A stretch of 64,000 bases of DNA from IMG/VR virus record IMGVR_UViG_3300045988_072432. One strand, 5' to 3'. The stretch comes from a virus. Below the pieces are notes generated by a model. The model was not told where the DNA came from, made no database searches, and worked only from the letters and a program-made list of their open reading frames with translations. The translations under genes were made by a program, and so were the position numbers. How positions within the stretch are numbered: position 1 is the first letter of the stretch; each line of letters begins with the position of its first letter. Positions 20,388 to 28,860 of the stretch are shown piece after piece.

Positions 20388-21071
20388 CTAAAAGTTATAG
20401 GTTATTTGAAATTCGATGTCAGTACCTATCCCAGATTTTACCTTCGGATAGTAAAAGGTATTGACTCCGAATTTGTAATTAAATCTCTTAGTCTTGATTG
20501 AAAGACCAGCTCCCATATCGAATAGATTATTGAAAGGTCTATATTTGCCATAAACGTATGGACTAAGTAATAACTTTGCAACTTTCTTCCGAGTTAATTG
20601 ACCTTCATACCAGTTATAGTTGTACTTATCTAAGTCAATTTTGAACAGCTTAGTTGAATAAGTTCCAGTCTGTTGATTGAATAGACTCAAATTCAACTTA
20701 TCTTTCTTCAAAACAATTTGAACCAGGGAATCTTGTTTACTGATAGCTGGCTGCCTTAGCATGGAATCAGGAAAGAGAGTTGGCTGCCTATTGTCGTAAC
20801 TATTATCGTAAACTAAGATTTTACCTGGTTCAATTTCTTTAGAATACTTCTTCTCTGGTTTGAAAGGTTTGTCTTTGTATACTGTATCTGGGATTTCATT
20901 GACCGCTAGTTCCAGGGAATCAACTTCTCGAGAAAGTTTGTAATTCCTGAAGCAAAGGTAAATAGTAAATCCTAGAAGTACAATAAACAAGGCCCTCTTT
21001 AAATTCTTCATTGTAATTTCGCTTTTAGTGAAACTCTGGTACTCACTCGTTTCCTTGTTTTCCCTTAACAA
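20388..21071 (-). CDS. membrane-anchored protein with OMP-like C-terminal beta-signal
   Basis: The likely true start is M21 (21011): MKNLKRALFIVLLGFTIYLCF, a signal/TM segment. The C-terminus ...GIGTDIEFQITYNF ends in Phe, like outer-membrane beta-barrel signals. Confidence 0.45.
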   Translation of the reverse strand: MLRENKETSEYQSFTKSEITMKNLKRALFIVLLGFTIYLCFRNYKLSREVDSLELAVNEIPDTVYKDKPFKPEKKYSKEIEPGKILVYDNSYDNRQPTLFPDSMLRQPAISKQDSLVQIVLKKDKLNLSLFNQQTGTYSTKLFKIDLDKYNYNWYEGQLTRKKVAKLLLSPYVYGKYRPFNNLFDMGAGLSIKTKRFNYKFGVNTFYYPKVKSGIGTDIEFQITYNF

Positions 21072-21185
21072 TCCCTTTCTTACCTTCAGAATTGATTTAT
21101 AGGTTATAGCTTTCTTTACCAGAAAGCACTTTCCTAAAAAAGAAAAACTTAATAAAAAGAAAAAAGGGTTTTCAAACAGCTCAAT

Positions 21186-22244
21186 TTAGCTCAGTTTTGA
21201 TGAATCAATTTTCTTGAGGCATTTTTTGAACCAAATACCTATTTCCCCTACTGCCCCTTTGGCAATTGTATACCTTGCCTTGTTAAGCCAGTAATGGTAA
21301 TCCTTAAAATCACCTTCGAAGGTATCACCATTCTTGTGAAGGTAAATTTCGAATTTATCAGGGAATCCCATAATTGCCTTGAAGTCTTCGATTCCCAAGG
21401 GGTATCCATCTGGTCTAAATTGCCTATCTGCAGGTCTGAGAGTTAATGGTGGTTTATCATACTCCAATCGATATACTCCTGGGAGAGTACTCATCTTTGC
21501 AGTTTTGATAGGCCACTTCTTTTCACCCTTGAAATCTCTAACCCAGAGCCTATGTATCTTTGCTACAGTAAGGTTTTTCTTCTCGGGAAGCTTTCGATAG
21601 TCATACATTGCCAGAGTTTTACTCATAAATGGAATCTGATTAGTATTATTTTCCTGAGAGAATGTGAGCGGTTTAAGTAGATTTCTAGTAGTTGTTGGAG
21701 TTTTTACTTGAAATACTTCATCAAAAGCATTCAAGTATTTCTTACCGGTCTTTTTATGTACTCCAATGATGAGTAGTCGCTTCCTTGATTCTTGAGAATT
21801 TCCGTAGTCTAAAACTGACCTTTCGTGAAAAACTAATTTATAGTCTTTGAAGGTTTCCTCAAAGAAATCCTTGGGAAGCAAGGTTAGCAATCTTGGTAGA
21901 TTTTCTATAAGAAATATCTTGGGTTTATACTCGAGTATTGATGCAATTACTAGATTAAGACTACGGTTATCTTTGGGATTACCTAATTCTTTTACCTTGG
22001 ATAACCTCATAATACTAGAACTACCGCAATCAGGGCTTGATATAATTATGTCTACTTTCTCATCAAATTCTTGTAAACAAAAGCCCTTATAGAACGGTAT
22101 ATCTCCAAAATTTAATTTCCATTGTTCTTCGCCTGGAGTGTGGAATACTCCCCTTATCTCTATGTTCCCTAACAAATTCTTCTTAAAAGGGAACAGGAGT
22201 GCACCCTGTCCAGCGCACACTCCCAATACCATTAGTTTCTTCAT
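21186..22244 (-). CDS. DNA (cytosine-5) methyltransferase
   Basis: Ordered motifs: LGVCAGQGA (I), SSPDCGS (IV, PC-like), FLIENLPRL (VI, ENV-like), SQESRKRLLIIG (VIII, QxRxR), AKGAV (X). Confidence 0.7.
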   Translation of the reverse strand: MKKLMVLGVCAGQGALLFPFKKNLLGNIEIRGVFHTPGEEQWKLNFGDIPFYKGFCLQEFDEKVDIIISSPDCGSSSIMRLSKVKELGNPKDNRSLNLVIASILEYKPKIFLIENLPRLLTLLPKDFFEETFKDYKLVFHERSVLDYGNSQESRKRLLIIGVHKKTGKKYLNAFDEVFQVKTPTTTRNLLKPLTFSQENNTNQIPFMSKTLAMYDYRKLPEKKNLTVAKIHRLWVRDFKGEKKWPIKTAKMSTLPGVYRLEYDKPPLTLRPADRQFRPDGYPLGIEDFKAIMGFPDKFEIYLHKNGDTFEGDFKDYHYWLNKARYTIAKGAVGEIGIWFKKCLKKIDSSKLS

Positions 22245-22684
22245 TTCTTGTAGCTTCTCAATTTAATGTATTTAATCCAAGCAAATGGCTTACGGTCTTC
22301 CAAATAACTCAGATTCTTATCATTATTGTGAGCTTCCTCTTCGAAACTTACATCATGATATCTTTCATTCTGTTTATTCCACTTGGCAAAGCACATGATA
22401 ATTAGGTATTCAATAACATACCAAAGGTAAAAGAATCCAAAAGTCAGAGCCACTACCCACCAAAAGGACATACCAAATGATAACCAGAGTATGATACCAA
22501 GTATCAAACCGACTATACTACACTCAATCTGTTGTACCTGATGGATTCTCTCATGGTTGATATCATCCGGTTTACACTCCTCTACTCTATGCTTGAAAAA
22601 GGAGTTGTACAACATGGTTATTGCCTTGTAACTGGGGAAAAGGAATACTTTTACTACCCAGCTGTTAAAATGACATCTTTTCAT
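22241..22684 (-). CDS. two-TM membrane protein with HExxH motif (holin position)
   Basis: HERIH at the N-terminus, hydrophobic IVGLILGIILWLSFGMSFWWVVALTFGFFYLWYVIEYLII. 4-nt overlaps with the endolysin and methyltransferase genes. Confidence 0.5.
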   Translation of the reverse strand: MKRCHFNSWVVKVFLFPSYKAITMLYNSFFKHRVEECKPDDINHERIHQVQQIECSIVGLILGIILWLSFGMSFWWVVALTFGFFYLWYVIEYLIIMCFAKWNKQNERYHDVSFEEEAHNNDKNLSYLEDRKPFAWIKYIKLRSYKK

Positions 22685-23277
22685 AACTTATCTTTGAAAT
22701 TTTCGTAAGCATTTCTTAACTTTTGATCATAGGCATTCTGGGCATACCCGGGACCATTATACTTTTTGGCAAAGCCAGCCCAGTCTTTTGCTTTGAGTTC
22801 TTTCAAACAACCAGAGTTATTCATGAAATAATACATGAGTTCCAATTGTTTCTCATGAGATTCAGACATCTTGTGAACAAATTCGAAGACATCTTTACAT
22901 CCACAAAGGTGGTGATTGAAGCCCATAATTTGGAACATACCCCAACTTGCAGACTTTAATGCACATTCCTCATCAATTTCTTTGGCTAATTCGAGTCTCT
23001 TATACTCGTGTACACCTCCCAAATACTTCGATTTATCCCATTTAGGGAAGAAAATCGTAGAATATCTTTTACAAAGGTAAGCTAAATCTCTGTCAGGGAA
23101 TTTCTTATGTACTTCTTTGTACATAATGTGACCCTCAAAGAGAATTTGAGGCCTACCGTCAGCTAAAAACCCATCTCTACCGGCAGCTTCCACCAATTGG
23201 ACAGCTTTCAATAGGGCAGGTTCTAAACCTAAGCGAATAGCAAGGTCTTTAATCATTTCATTTGTTAGTTTATCCAT
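22681..23277 (-). CDS. endolysin, N-acetylmuramidase (DUF3380-like)
   Basis: LKAVQLVEAAGRDGFLADGRPQILFEGHIMYK and WGMFQIMG match the N-acetylmuramidase family signature. Confidence 0.75.
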   Translation of the reverse strand: MDKLTNEMIKDLAIRLGLEPALLKAVQLVEAAGRDGFLADGRPQILFEGHIMYKEVHKKFPDRDLAYLCKRYSTIFFPKWDKSKYLGGVHEYKRLELAKEIDEECALKSASWGMFQIMGFNHHLCGCKDVFEFVHKMSESHEKQLELMYYFMNNSGCLKELKAKDWAGFAKKYNGPGYAQNAYDQKLRNAYENFKDKL

Positions 23278-23387
23278 AACTTATCAGTTTTAATGGTTCA
23301 ATTTTAGTAACAAAAGTATTGCTTATAACCCATTTTTAGGATGTTTCGAGGTTCTATTATCATATATAACTTATAAAATAATGCAAT

Positions 23388-23885
23388 ATGGGCAAGAAAA
23401 ATGAATGCCAGATATGTGGCAAACCAATTAATTTAGAGGAATTCGATGAAACTAGAGAGATTCCCCAACTTATGGCAAGAAAACAAGTTTGTTTTAAATG
23501 TGCTTTTTGGTTTAATCGATTAGCTTATGATAAAGAACTTGAAAAAGAGAAGAAAATTGCCGTAATTACTCCCGATTATTCCCATTGGATAACTAGAATA
23601 CCAGGAAGTATTCTAATGGTTCCTTCGGCTTTCGGGGGAATTTACCAAACTAAACTCCAACCAGTAAACACTCTGGGAGTTATTGATGAAGACCGAAAGA
23701 AACTTTTCATCATCCGTTATAATAACATCACTCACCAGGGCACTATACCGGAGCATCTAAGAGATGCTTTTAAAGTAAACGGAATATTTCTATCTCCACA
23801 GGAATACAAAATGCTAGAGGATTACCGGGGCAATGCCTATGAATTTATAAAAAATAAAATAGATAATGCAATAAATAAAGAATAA
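23388..23885 (+). CDS. zinc-ribbon protein
   Basis: CQICGKP...CFKCAFW. First gene of the plus-strand island. Confidence 0.55.
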   Translation: MGKKNECQICGKPINLEEFDETREIPQLMARKQVCFKCAFWFNRLAYDKELEKEKKIAVITPDYSHWITRIPGSILMVPSAFGGIYQTKLQPVNTLGVIDEDRKKLFIIRYNNITHQGTIPEHLRDAFKVNGIFLSPQEYKMLEDYRGNAYEFIKNKIDNAINKE

Positions 23886-23890
23886 TTTCG

Positions 23891-23898
23891 TATATTTG
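23891..23898 (+). promoter_or_regulatory. Bacteroidota-type -7 box TATATTTG
   Basis: tatatttgca lies 30 nt upstream of the ATG at 23928. It is the same extended motif seen at minus-strand early promoters. Confidence 0.45.
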
Positions 23899-23927
23899 CA
23901 TAAAGAAAATTTCTAAATAAAATAGAT

Positions 23928-24323
23928 ATGAAAAAAGAAAAGAAAGAAGCTAAAAAGCTCAAAGAAGGTGATGAAGTTATCTTCGTATTATCAGGAAGAC
24001 CCATCACAGAGAAAGTAACAGTAGAATCCATCGATAAGAAAGGTGGATTTGCAATGCTCAGTAACCGGGTAAAAGTTGCAAGAACCTTGGGTCCTGATGA
24101 TACATATCCAAGATTGGATGGGCAAAAGGGAGAAGTTCGTCCGCTTACCGAAGAAAATGAAAGAGTATTCCTTGCATATAAGGCCTATTCCTCAATTAAG
24201 AGAAACATAGAATTACTTGATAAGGAAATTAGAAGTATGAAAGATTCGAAAGCTTTCGATATGATGATTGAATTTGATAAGAAGCTTACCAAGGTTATTA
24301 ACAAATACCTCAAAGAACAATGA
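23928..24323 (+). CDS. hypothetical protein
   Basis: 131-aa ORF with a promoter box upstream. ATGA overlap with the next ORF. Confidence 0.6.
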   Translation: MKKEKKEAKKLKEGDEVIFVLSGRPITEKVTVESIDKKGGFAMLSNRVKVARTLGPDDTYPRLDGQKGEVRPLTEENERVFLAYKAYSSIKRNIELLDKEIRSMKDSKAFDMMIEFDKKLTKVINKYLKEQ

Positions 24324-24511
24324 CTACAGTATTAGCAATAATTTATTTGGTATGCTTACCGTTCACTGTATTTTTTGTAAGGGCTTGCTTGGATTATTTA
24401 CCCTATACTCACAAAATACACTCTCTCGTTTTATTCATCTCGGTATGGATAGTATTACCTCTATTTCCGATTTATCTATTAATCAGATACATAAAATACA
24501 AATTACTATGA
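24320..24511 (+). CDS. small two-TM membrane protein
   Basis: 63 aa, two hydrophobic segments. ATGA-coupled on both sides. Confidence 0.5.
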   Translation: MTTVLAIIYLVCLPFTVFFVRACLDYLPYTHKIHSLVLFISVWIVLPLFPIYLLIRYIKYKLL

Positions 24512-24807
24512 GATACTTTTTTGACAGAGATGGTAATTATGCTGGGACATCAATGCAAGGGTGGGAGATTCTTCTCCTACTCTTGTTCCCAGTTGCTTTA
24601 ATAATTTTCCTCGTATTCTTACCTTTCTATGTATTTTATAAATACAGTTCTAGAGAAGAGGATAAAAAATACGAGGAAGAACATCCAGAAATACTAAAAG
24701 TAGATTCTTATATTACTTGCTGGTATCCCTGGCATAGGTATTCTGTTGCATATACACTGGCTCTTATATTCTGGGTAATTGCTTTTATAATTGGGATATT
24801 ATCTTGA
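24508..24807 (+). CDS. small membrane protein
   Basis: MRYFFDRD... (internal Met of track ORF 24268..24807). Its start overlaps the stop of 24320..24511 (ATGA). Two TM segments. Confidence 0.5.
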   Translation: MRYFFDRDGNYAGTSMQGWEILLLLLFPVALIIFLVFLPFYVFYKYSSREEDKKYEEEHPEILKVDSYITCWYPWHRYSVAYTLALIFWVIAFIIGILS

Positions 24808-24821
24808 TCTCAATATAAGTC

Positions 24822-25493
24822 TTAGGTTGGAACTCCCCAATAAAAGTTCAAATCTAATGGATATTTTTTAGTGGGGTTAAAACTACTAGAGAGTATAAGA
24901 GTACCACTGCTAACAGAGGGGGTTGAAACTTTTGTAAGAGTATAGGAACCTAAGCCAGTTGTTTTTGTTGTAAAGTATGAATTACTTGGTAAATTGTAGT
25001 TAGGGCTAAAAGCATTACCATTCTTATCAAGGCAGGACCAAGACAACATGTCGTAATCCCCTGGGTACATAGGAGAAATATAGACATTAATCATATTTCT
25101 ATTTTGATTTACTATCCAATTCTTATATAGGGTACCATCGGCCATTGATCCATATTCACCACTAATATTGGTATCTGCAGCAAAAAAACTATCCATTGTA
25201 ATCCCAAAGAGAATTAGGGGAGAGAAACGTATTTCCCAGTATTCTTTTTTTCCAGGAGTAGTAATATTAATATTTATTTTATTGCCAGATTCTTCTTGTA
25301 CCAGATTCAATACACCGGTATACCCACCGGCACTATCTATGGGAGTAATGAGTACTTGGTTATCTATATTTATATCTCTTTCTAAGAGATACTTAGATGG
25401 ATTACTAATAGAAGCAGAAAAGCCTACCGAAGTATTACCAGTAGGCTTCCCATTTATTAGTTTTCTCTTATAAGACTCTATTATCCAATCCAT
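24822..25493 (-). CDS. BACON-like paralog A (ESYKRKLIN family)
   Basis: N-terminal ESYKRKLINGKP, then ...LVQEESGNKININITTPG. Shares a 19-nt DNA block (gttttctcttataagactc) with paralog C. Confidence 0.65.
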   Translation of the reverse strand: MDWIIESYKRKLINGKPTGNTSVGFSASISNPSKYLLERDINIDNQVLITPIDSAGGYTGVLNLVQEESGNKININITTPGKKEYWEIRFSPLILFGITMDSFFAADTNISGEYGSMADGTLYKNWIVNQNRNMINVYISPMYPGDYDMLSWSCLDKNGNAFSPNYNLPSNSYFTTKTTGLGSYTLTKVSTPSVSSGTLILSSSFNPTKKYPLDLNFYWGVPT

Positions 25494-25558
25494 AGTTTCA
25501 CCATAGGGGATTTCTTGATTAATCTCGGTGGATCCCCCCCTCCCCTAATTTAAGAACT

Positions 25559-26140
25559 TTATTTTCCATATTCTTTTAAGTTTTGAGGTAAATAATTGTA
25601 TTTATCATCTTTAGAAGGTTCTACAGAAAAATCTGCGAGATATGGTAAATCATTACCAGATGTTCTTCTTACTCTAACTAAGTTAGATGTTCTAGAACCA
25701 TTAGCCATGGTAGTGATACCAGTTACATTCCCATTTTCTAAAGTAAACCCAGATCCCAATACAAAGTTGATTGTCAACTTAGATGTTACCGAATAGGCCG
25801 CCATCCATTGGATATCATAGAGTTGATATGAACCAGAAGTCCCAGCCTCCCCGTATATACTGAAAGAGATTGGGTTGTTTAATTTATTTGCTTCTTGTTT
25901 TACAATAATTTCAATTGTATTTCCAGAATCCTCTTGGTCTAAAGTTACTCGGATCTGTCTATCTGAGTTACCTGGGTTTGCTGATTTAGTGGTAAAAGTT
26001 ACATCATACTTAGGGACATCGGTATTAAGATATGGTGCAACACTTACATCCAACCAGGTAGCTACATTATGTACTGTAAAGGGTACTCTTTCTTTAGAAG
26101 CTTCATTCCCATTTACTAGTTTTTTCTTATAAGAAGTCAC
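25559..26140 (-). CDS. BACON-like paralog B (GTG start)
   Basis: TSYKKKLVNGNE...NSDRQIRVTLDQEDSGNTIEIIVKQEA. The first available start is GTG at 26140. Homology to paralog C continues upstream without a start codon. Confidence 0.55.
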   Translation of the reverse strand: MTSYKKKLVNGNEASKERVPFTVHNVATWLDVSVAPYLNTDVPKYDVTFTTKSANPGNSDRQIRVTLDQEDSGNTIEIIVKQEANKLNNPISFSIYGEAGTSGSYQLYDIQWMAAYSVTSKLTINFVLGSGFTLENGNVTGITTMANGSRTSNLVRVRRTSGNDLPYLADFSVEPSKDDKYNYLPQNLKEYGK

Positions 26141-26272
26141 AAGAATAGGACTTGAAGCTCCACTACTACCATTCAGGGTTATAGTACTTGACTCTACTAT
26201 CCCCCTACTACTGATTCTGAATTCTGTTTTTCTTCCATAATCACTTTAAATATTAGATTAGTTACTACTTAC

Positions 26273-27022
26273 TCATTCAATGAGTAAGTTCCAATTTGCT
26301 CTCCTTGAGATTTGGGGATATATATCGAGAAGATCTATGATGGTCATACTGTCTAAACGATCGAAAAAGTTTATATCGGCACTATAGATAATTTGTGGAC
26401 TCGGGTAGTTGAAGTCTGCAACCATTACATAAGTACCAGCGGGTATCTTGATTCCAGAGGGCTGAGCTGCAACCCAGGCATCATCCTTATATTGTAAATT
26501 TGGACCAGATACTACTTCATCGTTTGCTGTAGCCCAGGGAGAATACCTATACTTACGATGAATATCATAGATAAGGGCTTTTGTAGTATTATCCCCAGTA
26601 TTATCTTCATAAGTTATCCATACAAAGCATCTATCCACATTAGATGCTTTCAAGGTTTGTACATTCAGCACTAGCTTTTGAGGAGCTGCAGCTTGAGTGA
26701 AGCCAACATAGATTATATTACCTGATTCAGATTGAATAAATCTATTGCTAGCATTTCTCTCAGAGCTTGTAGTATTTTCTTGGCATACTGCTTTTACGTA
26801 ATATCCCAATTCTGTGACTCCAAGCTGGTTAGCAATTCCCCAATCTGTGACCTCTATCAGGGAAGTAGTAAACCAGCTAAGGTTAGAATAATCCCCAGTG
26901 AAGCTTACTCCTATCCTCTCTGCCAGATCCCAATTTATCAGTTTTCTCTTATAAGACTCGAGGAGATAATAGAAAGTCCCCTCCCCCGAAGGCAATTTAA
27001 AAGTTTTAGTTATAGTACTCAT
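26273..27022 (-). CDS. BACON-like paralog C
   Basis: MSTITKTF...LLESYKRKLINWD...SERNASNRFIQSESGNIIYVGFTQAAA. Confidence 0.65.
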   Translation of the reverse strand: MSTITKTFKLPSGEGTFYYLLESYKRKLINWDLAERIGVSFTGDYSNLSWFTTSLIEVTDWGIANQLGVTELGYYVKAVCQENTTSSERNASNRFIQSESGNIIYVGFTQAAAPQKLVLNVQTLKASNVDRCFVWITYEDNTGDNTTKALIYDIHRKYRYSPWATANDEVVSGPNLQYKDDAWVAAQPSGIKIPAGTYVMVADFNYPSPQIIYSADINFFDRLDSMTIIDLLDIYPQISRRANWNLLIE

Positions 27023-27118
27023 TGTTTTTTGATTTGGTTTATAGAAAGAACTTTGATATCGCCATTACCAAAGGGATAATCCGAAGTCTATGATATTATA
27101 TAATCAATATAAAGAATT

Positions 27119-27394
27119 ATGAGAAAGTATCAGTATCAGATTTACTACCATACAAGCAGAGGAAGGTACTTCATTAAGATTAGGTATTCCTTCCTGGGAT
27201 TGGTGTTTTGGCTTACACTTAGAGATAAGAATTCGAGTAATATAGAAACCTTCCTTGATAAGGATAAGGCAATTGAAAGGGCAGAAGATTATTTAAGGTA
27301 TTTATACCTAAAGAGAAAAAATAGTAGGGTGTTAAAGGTTACTGGGAGAATAGATATTACCAGTAGGTTAAAATCAGTGAGGGAGGATTATTAA
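27119..27394 (+). CDS. hypothetical protein
   Basis: 91-aa ORF. The plus strand is purine-rich here, consistent with plus-strand coding. Confidence 0.45.
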   Translation: MRKYQYQIYYHTSRGRYFIKIRYSFLGLVFWLTLRDKNSSNIETFLDKDKAIERAEDYLRYLYLKRKNSRVLKVTGRIDITSRLKSVREDY

Positions 27395-27395
27395 G

Positions 27396-27662
27396 ATGGT
27401 GAAGGTTGAAACCATTAGGGATGATAATGAAAAGAGAATCCTAAAGTGTTCTGAGGATAATAGGGTTTGGTATCAGATATGGATTACCCAATTGGATATG
27501 AATTGTATAGAAAGGTACTTTGATGGGTATGGTGAAGTTAAGAGGTGGTGGTTAAGGAATCTTCAACAGTATTATGTTTTCTTTTATGAGAAGAAAGGTG
27601 GTAAGGTTCGAGGAGTTCTTGGGAAAGATAGGACTAAGGATTTAATTCGTGCTATACTTTAA
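27396..27662 (+). CDS. hypothetical protein
   Basis: 88-aa ORF starting 2 nt after the previous stop. Confidence 0.5.
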   Translation: MVKVETIRDDNEKRILKCSEDNRVWYQIWITQLDMNCIERYFDGYGEVKRWWLRNLQQYYVFFYEKKGGKVRGVLGKDRTKDLIRAIL

Positions 27663-27739
27663 TTAGTTGCCAGGGATGTTAGGTCTCTGGCTTCTTTGTG
27701 TGTTATGGGGGCATGTGTGGTGTGGGATATCTTGGCATG

Positions 27740-27837
27740 CCTCTAATACGAGGTGTCAAAAAGTTGTGGTACTAAAATGTGTATTTGCCTTCAAGGTACC
27801 CCTTAATGTGAGGGCTTCGAAAGTTGTGGTACTAAAA
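27740..27837 (+). repeat. two about 40-nt units spaced 60 nt apart (small hairpin + aaagttgtggtactaaaa)
   Basis: 18-nt exact repeat at 27760..27777 and 27820..27837. Each is preceded by a 4-bp hairpin (cctc-taatac-gagg; ccct-taatgtg-aggg). Confidence 0.6.
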
Positions 27838-27918
27838 GGGGAGTACGGTTACGTTAAATTTAACATTTGAAAATAAAAATTAAGGGACAAACATTTTTAT
27901 TTAGTCCTTTGCTTTCTT

Positions 27919-28047
27919 TTAGTCCTCAAAAGTTTCGTTATCGTCTTTTAAAATTTCTTTTATATCCTTATAGCATTGAATAACTAAATAAGCTATAATT
28001 ACAAACAATGCTATATTAATAATTAAATATTGTGTAAATACTACCAT
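27919..28047 (-). CDS. 42-aa single-TM peptide (candidate)
   Basis: Hand-translated: MVVFTQYLIINIALFVIIAYLVIQCYKDIKEILKDDNETFED. Below the ORF-track size cutoff. Lies in the AT-rich island. Confidence 0.3.
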   Translation of the reverse strand: MVVFTQYLIINIALFVIIAYLVIQCYKDIKEILKDDNETFED

Positions 28048-28073
28048 ATCTTTATAAATGATTTATTTTAGTT

Positions 28074-28097
28074 AGTAGGGGAAATATTTCCCCTACT
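28074..28097. terminator. perfect 24-nt palindrome, bidirectional terminator candidate
   Basis: agtaggggaaat/atttcccctact, flanked by A/T runs, 11 nt after the stop of 28109..28579. Confidence 0.55.
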
Positions 28098-28108
28098 TTA
28101 ATTTTGTT

Positions 28109-28579
28109 TTACTTCAAAGATTTTTTTACTATTTCGAGACCTTTTATTAAAATTTCTTTCTTTTCTTCTTTTGTGTTTTCGCTTGCAATCGAAGAAAAAG
28201 AAAAATCATTTAAAACATAGACTTGTTTATAAAAGTCTATAAAGCCCTCGATTAGTTTTTTATCTGCATTTGTTGCGATAGTTGAAAGAAAATTAAATGT
28301 AACATTTCTAAACTTTTTTCGCAAAGATTTGATTTGCTTTTCGTTTGCTCCCAAAAACAACTCTTTTTTATAAATTTCTGTTTTTGTCCCTAAAGCTGTT
28401 TTAAAAAGTCCTTGATTTTTTTCTTTCACAGACTTTAAAACGTCTAAAGCAATTAAACTATTTGCTTTGCTGTTTGCTACTGCTTTTTCTACACTCACTT
28501 TGTTAATTTGATTTTTCATAATAAAAACGCTTGAATATTTTATTATTATTATTTTATAACCTTTTTGATAGATATTCAA
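28109..28579 (-). CDS. hypothetical helical protein in AT-rich island
   Basis: Track ORF of 156 aa. The likely true start is M21 (28519, MKNQINKVSVEK...). TATCTTTG -7-type boxes lie upstream on the minus strand (plus 28622-28629 and about 28726-28733). Confidence 0.5.
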   Translation of the reverse strand: MNIYQKGYKIIIIKYSSVFIMKNQINKVSVEKAVANSKANSLIALDVLKSVKEKNQGLFKTALGTKTEIYKKELFLGANEKQIKSLRKKFRNVTFNFLSTIATNADKKLIEGFIDFYKQVYVLNDFSFSSIASENTKEEKKEILIKGLEIVKKSLK

Positions 28580-28860
28580 GACTTATTAAACTATCTAATA
28601 AGGTTTTTCATTTCTGTATTACAAAGATAAGAACTATTTTTTAATTAGCAAAATTTTTAAAGAAATAATTTCTTAAAAAGTTTTAATTAAAAATTTATTC
28701 AAATATCGCTTTATCTTTTTGACATTGCAAAGATACGGACTTTATTTTAATCTACAAACATTTTCAAGAAAATTTTTTGAGAAAATGAATATTTTTATTT
28801 TTAAAATTATTTTTGTGAAAAATCTATAAATTCAAAAATTTATTGCACCCTAAAAAGGAC

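Noticed and set aside
26141-26275. Possible read-through or fusion of paralog C into paralog B, since both are in the same frame.
   Set aside because: Three in-frame stops separate them: TGA at 26273, TAA at 26258 and TAA at 26246.
27667-27870. 67-aa plus-strand ORF.
   Set aside because: It is built on the two 60-nt-spaced repeat units, which give the duplicated KVVVLK peptide. Better explained as non-coding repeats.
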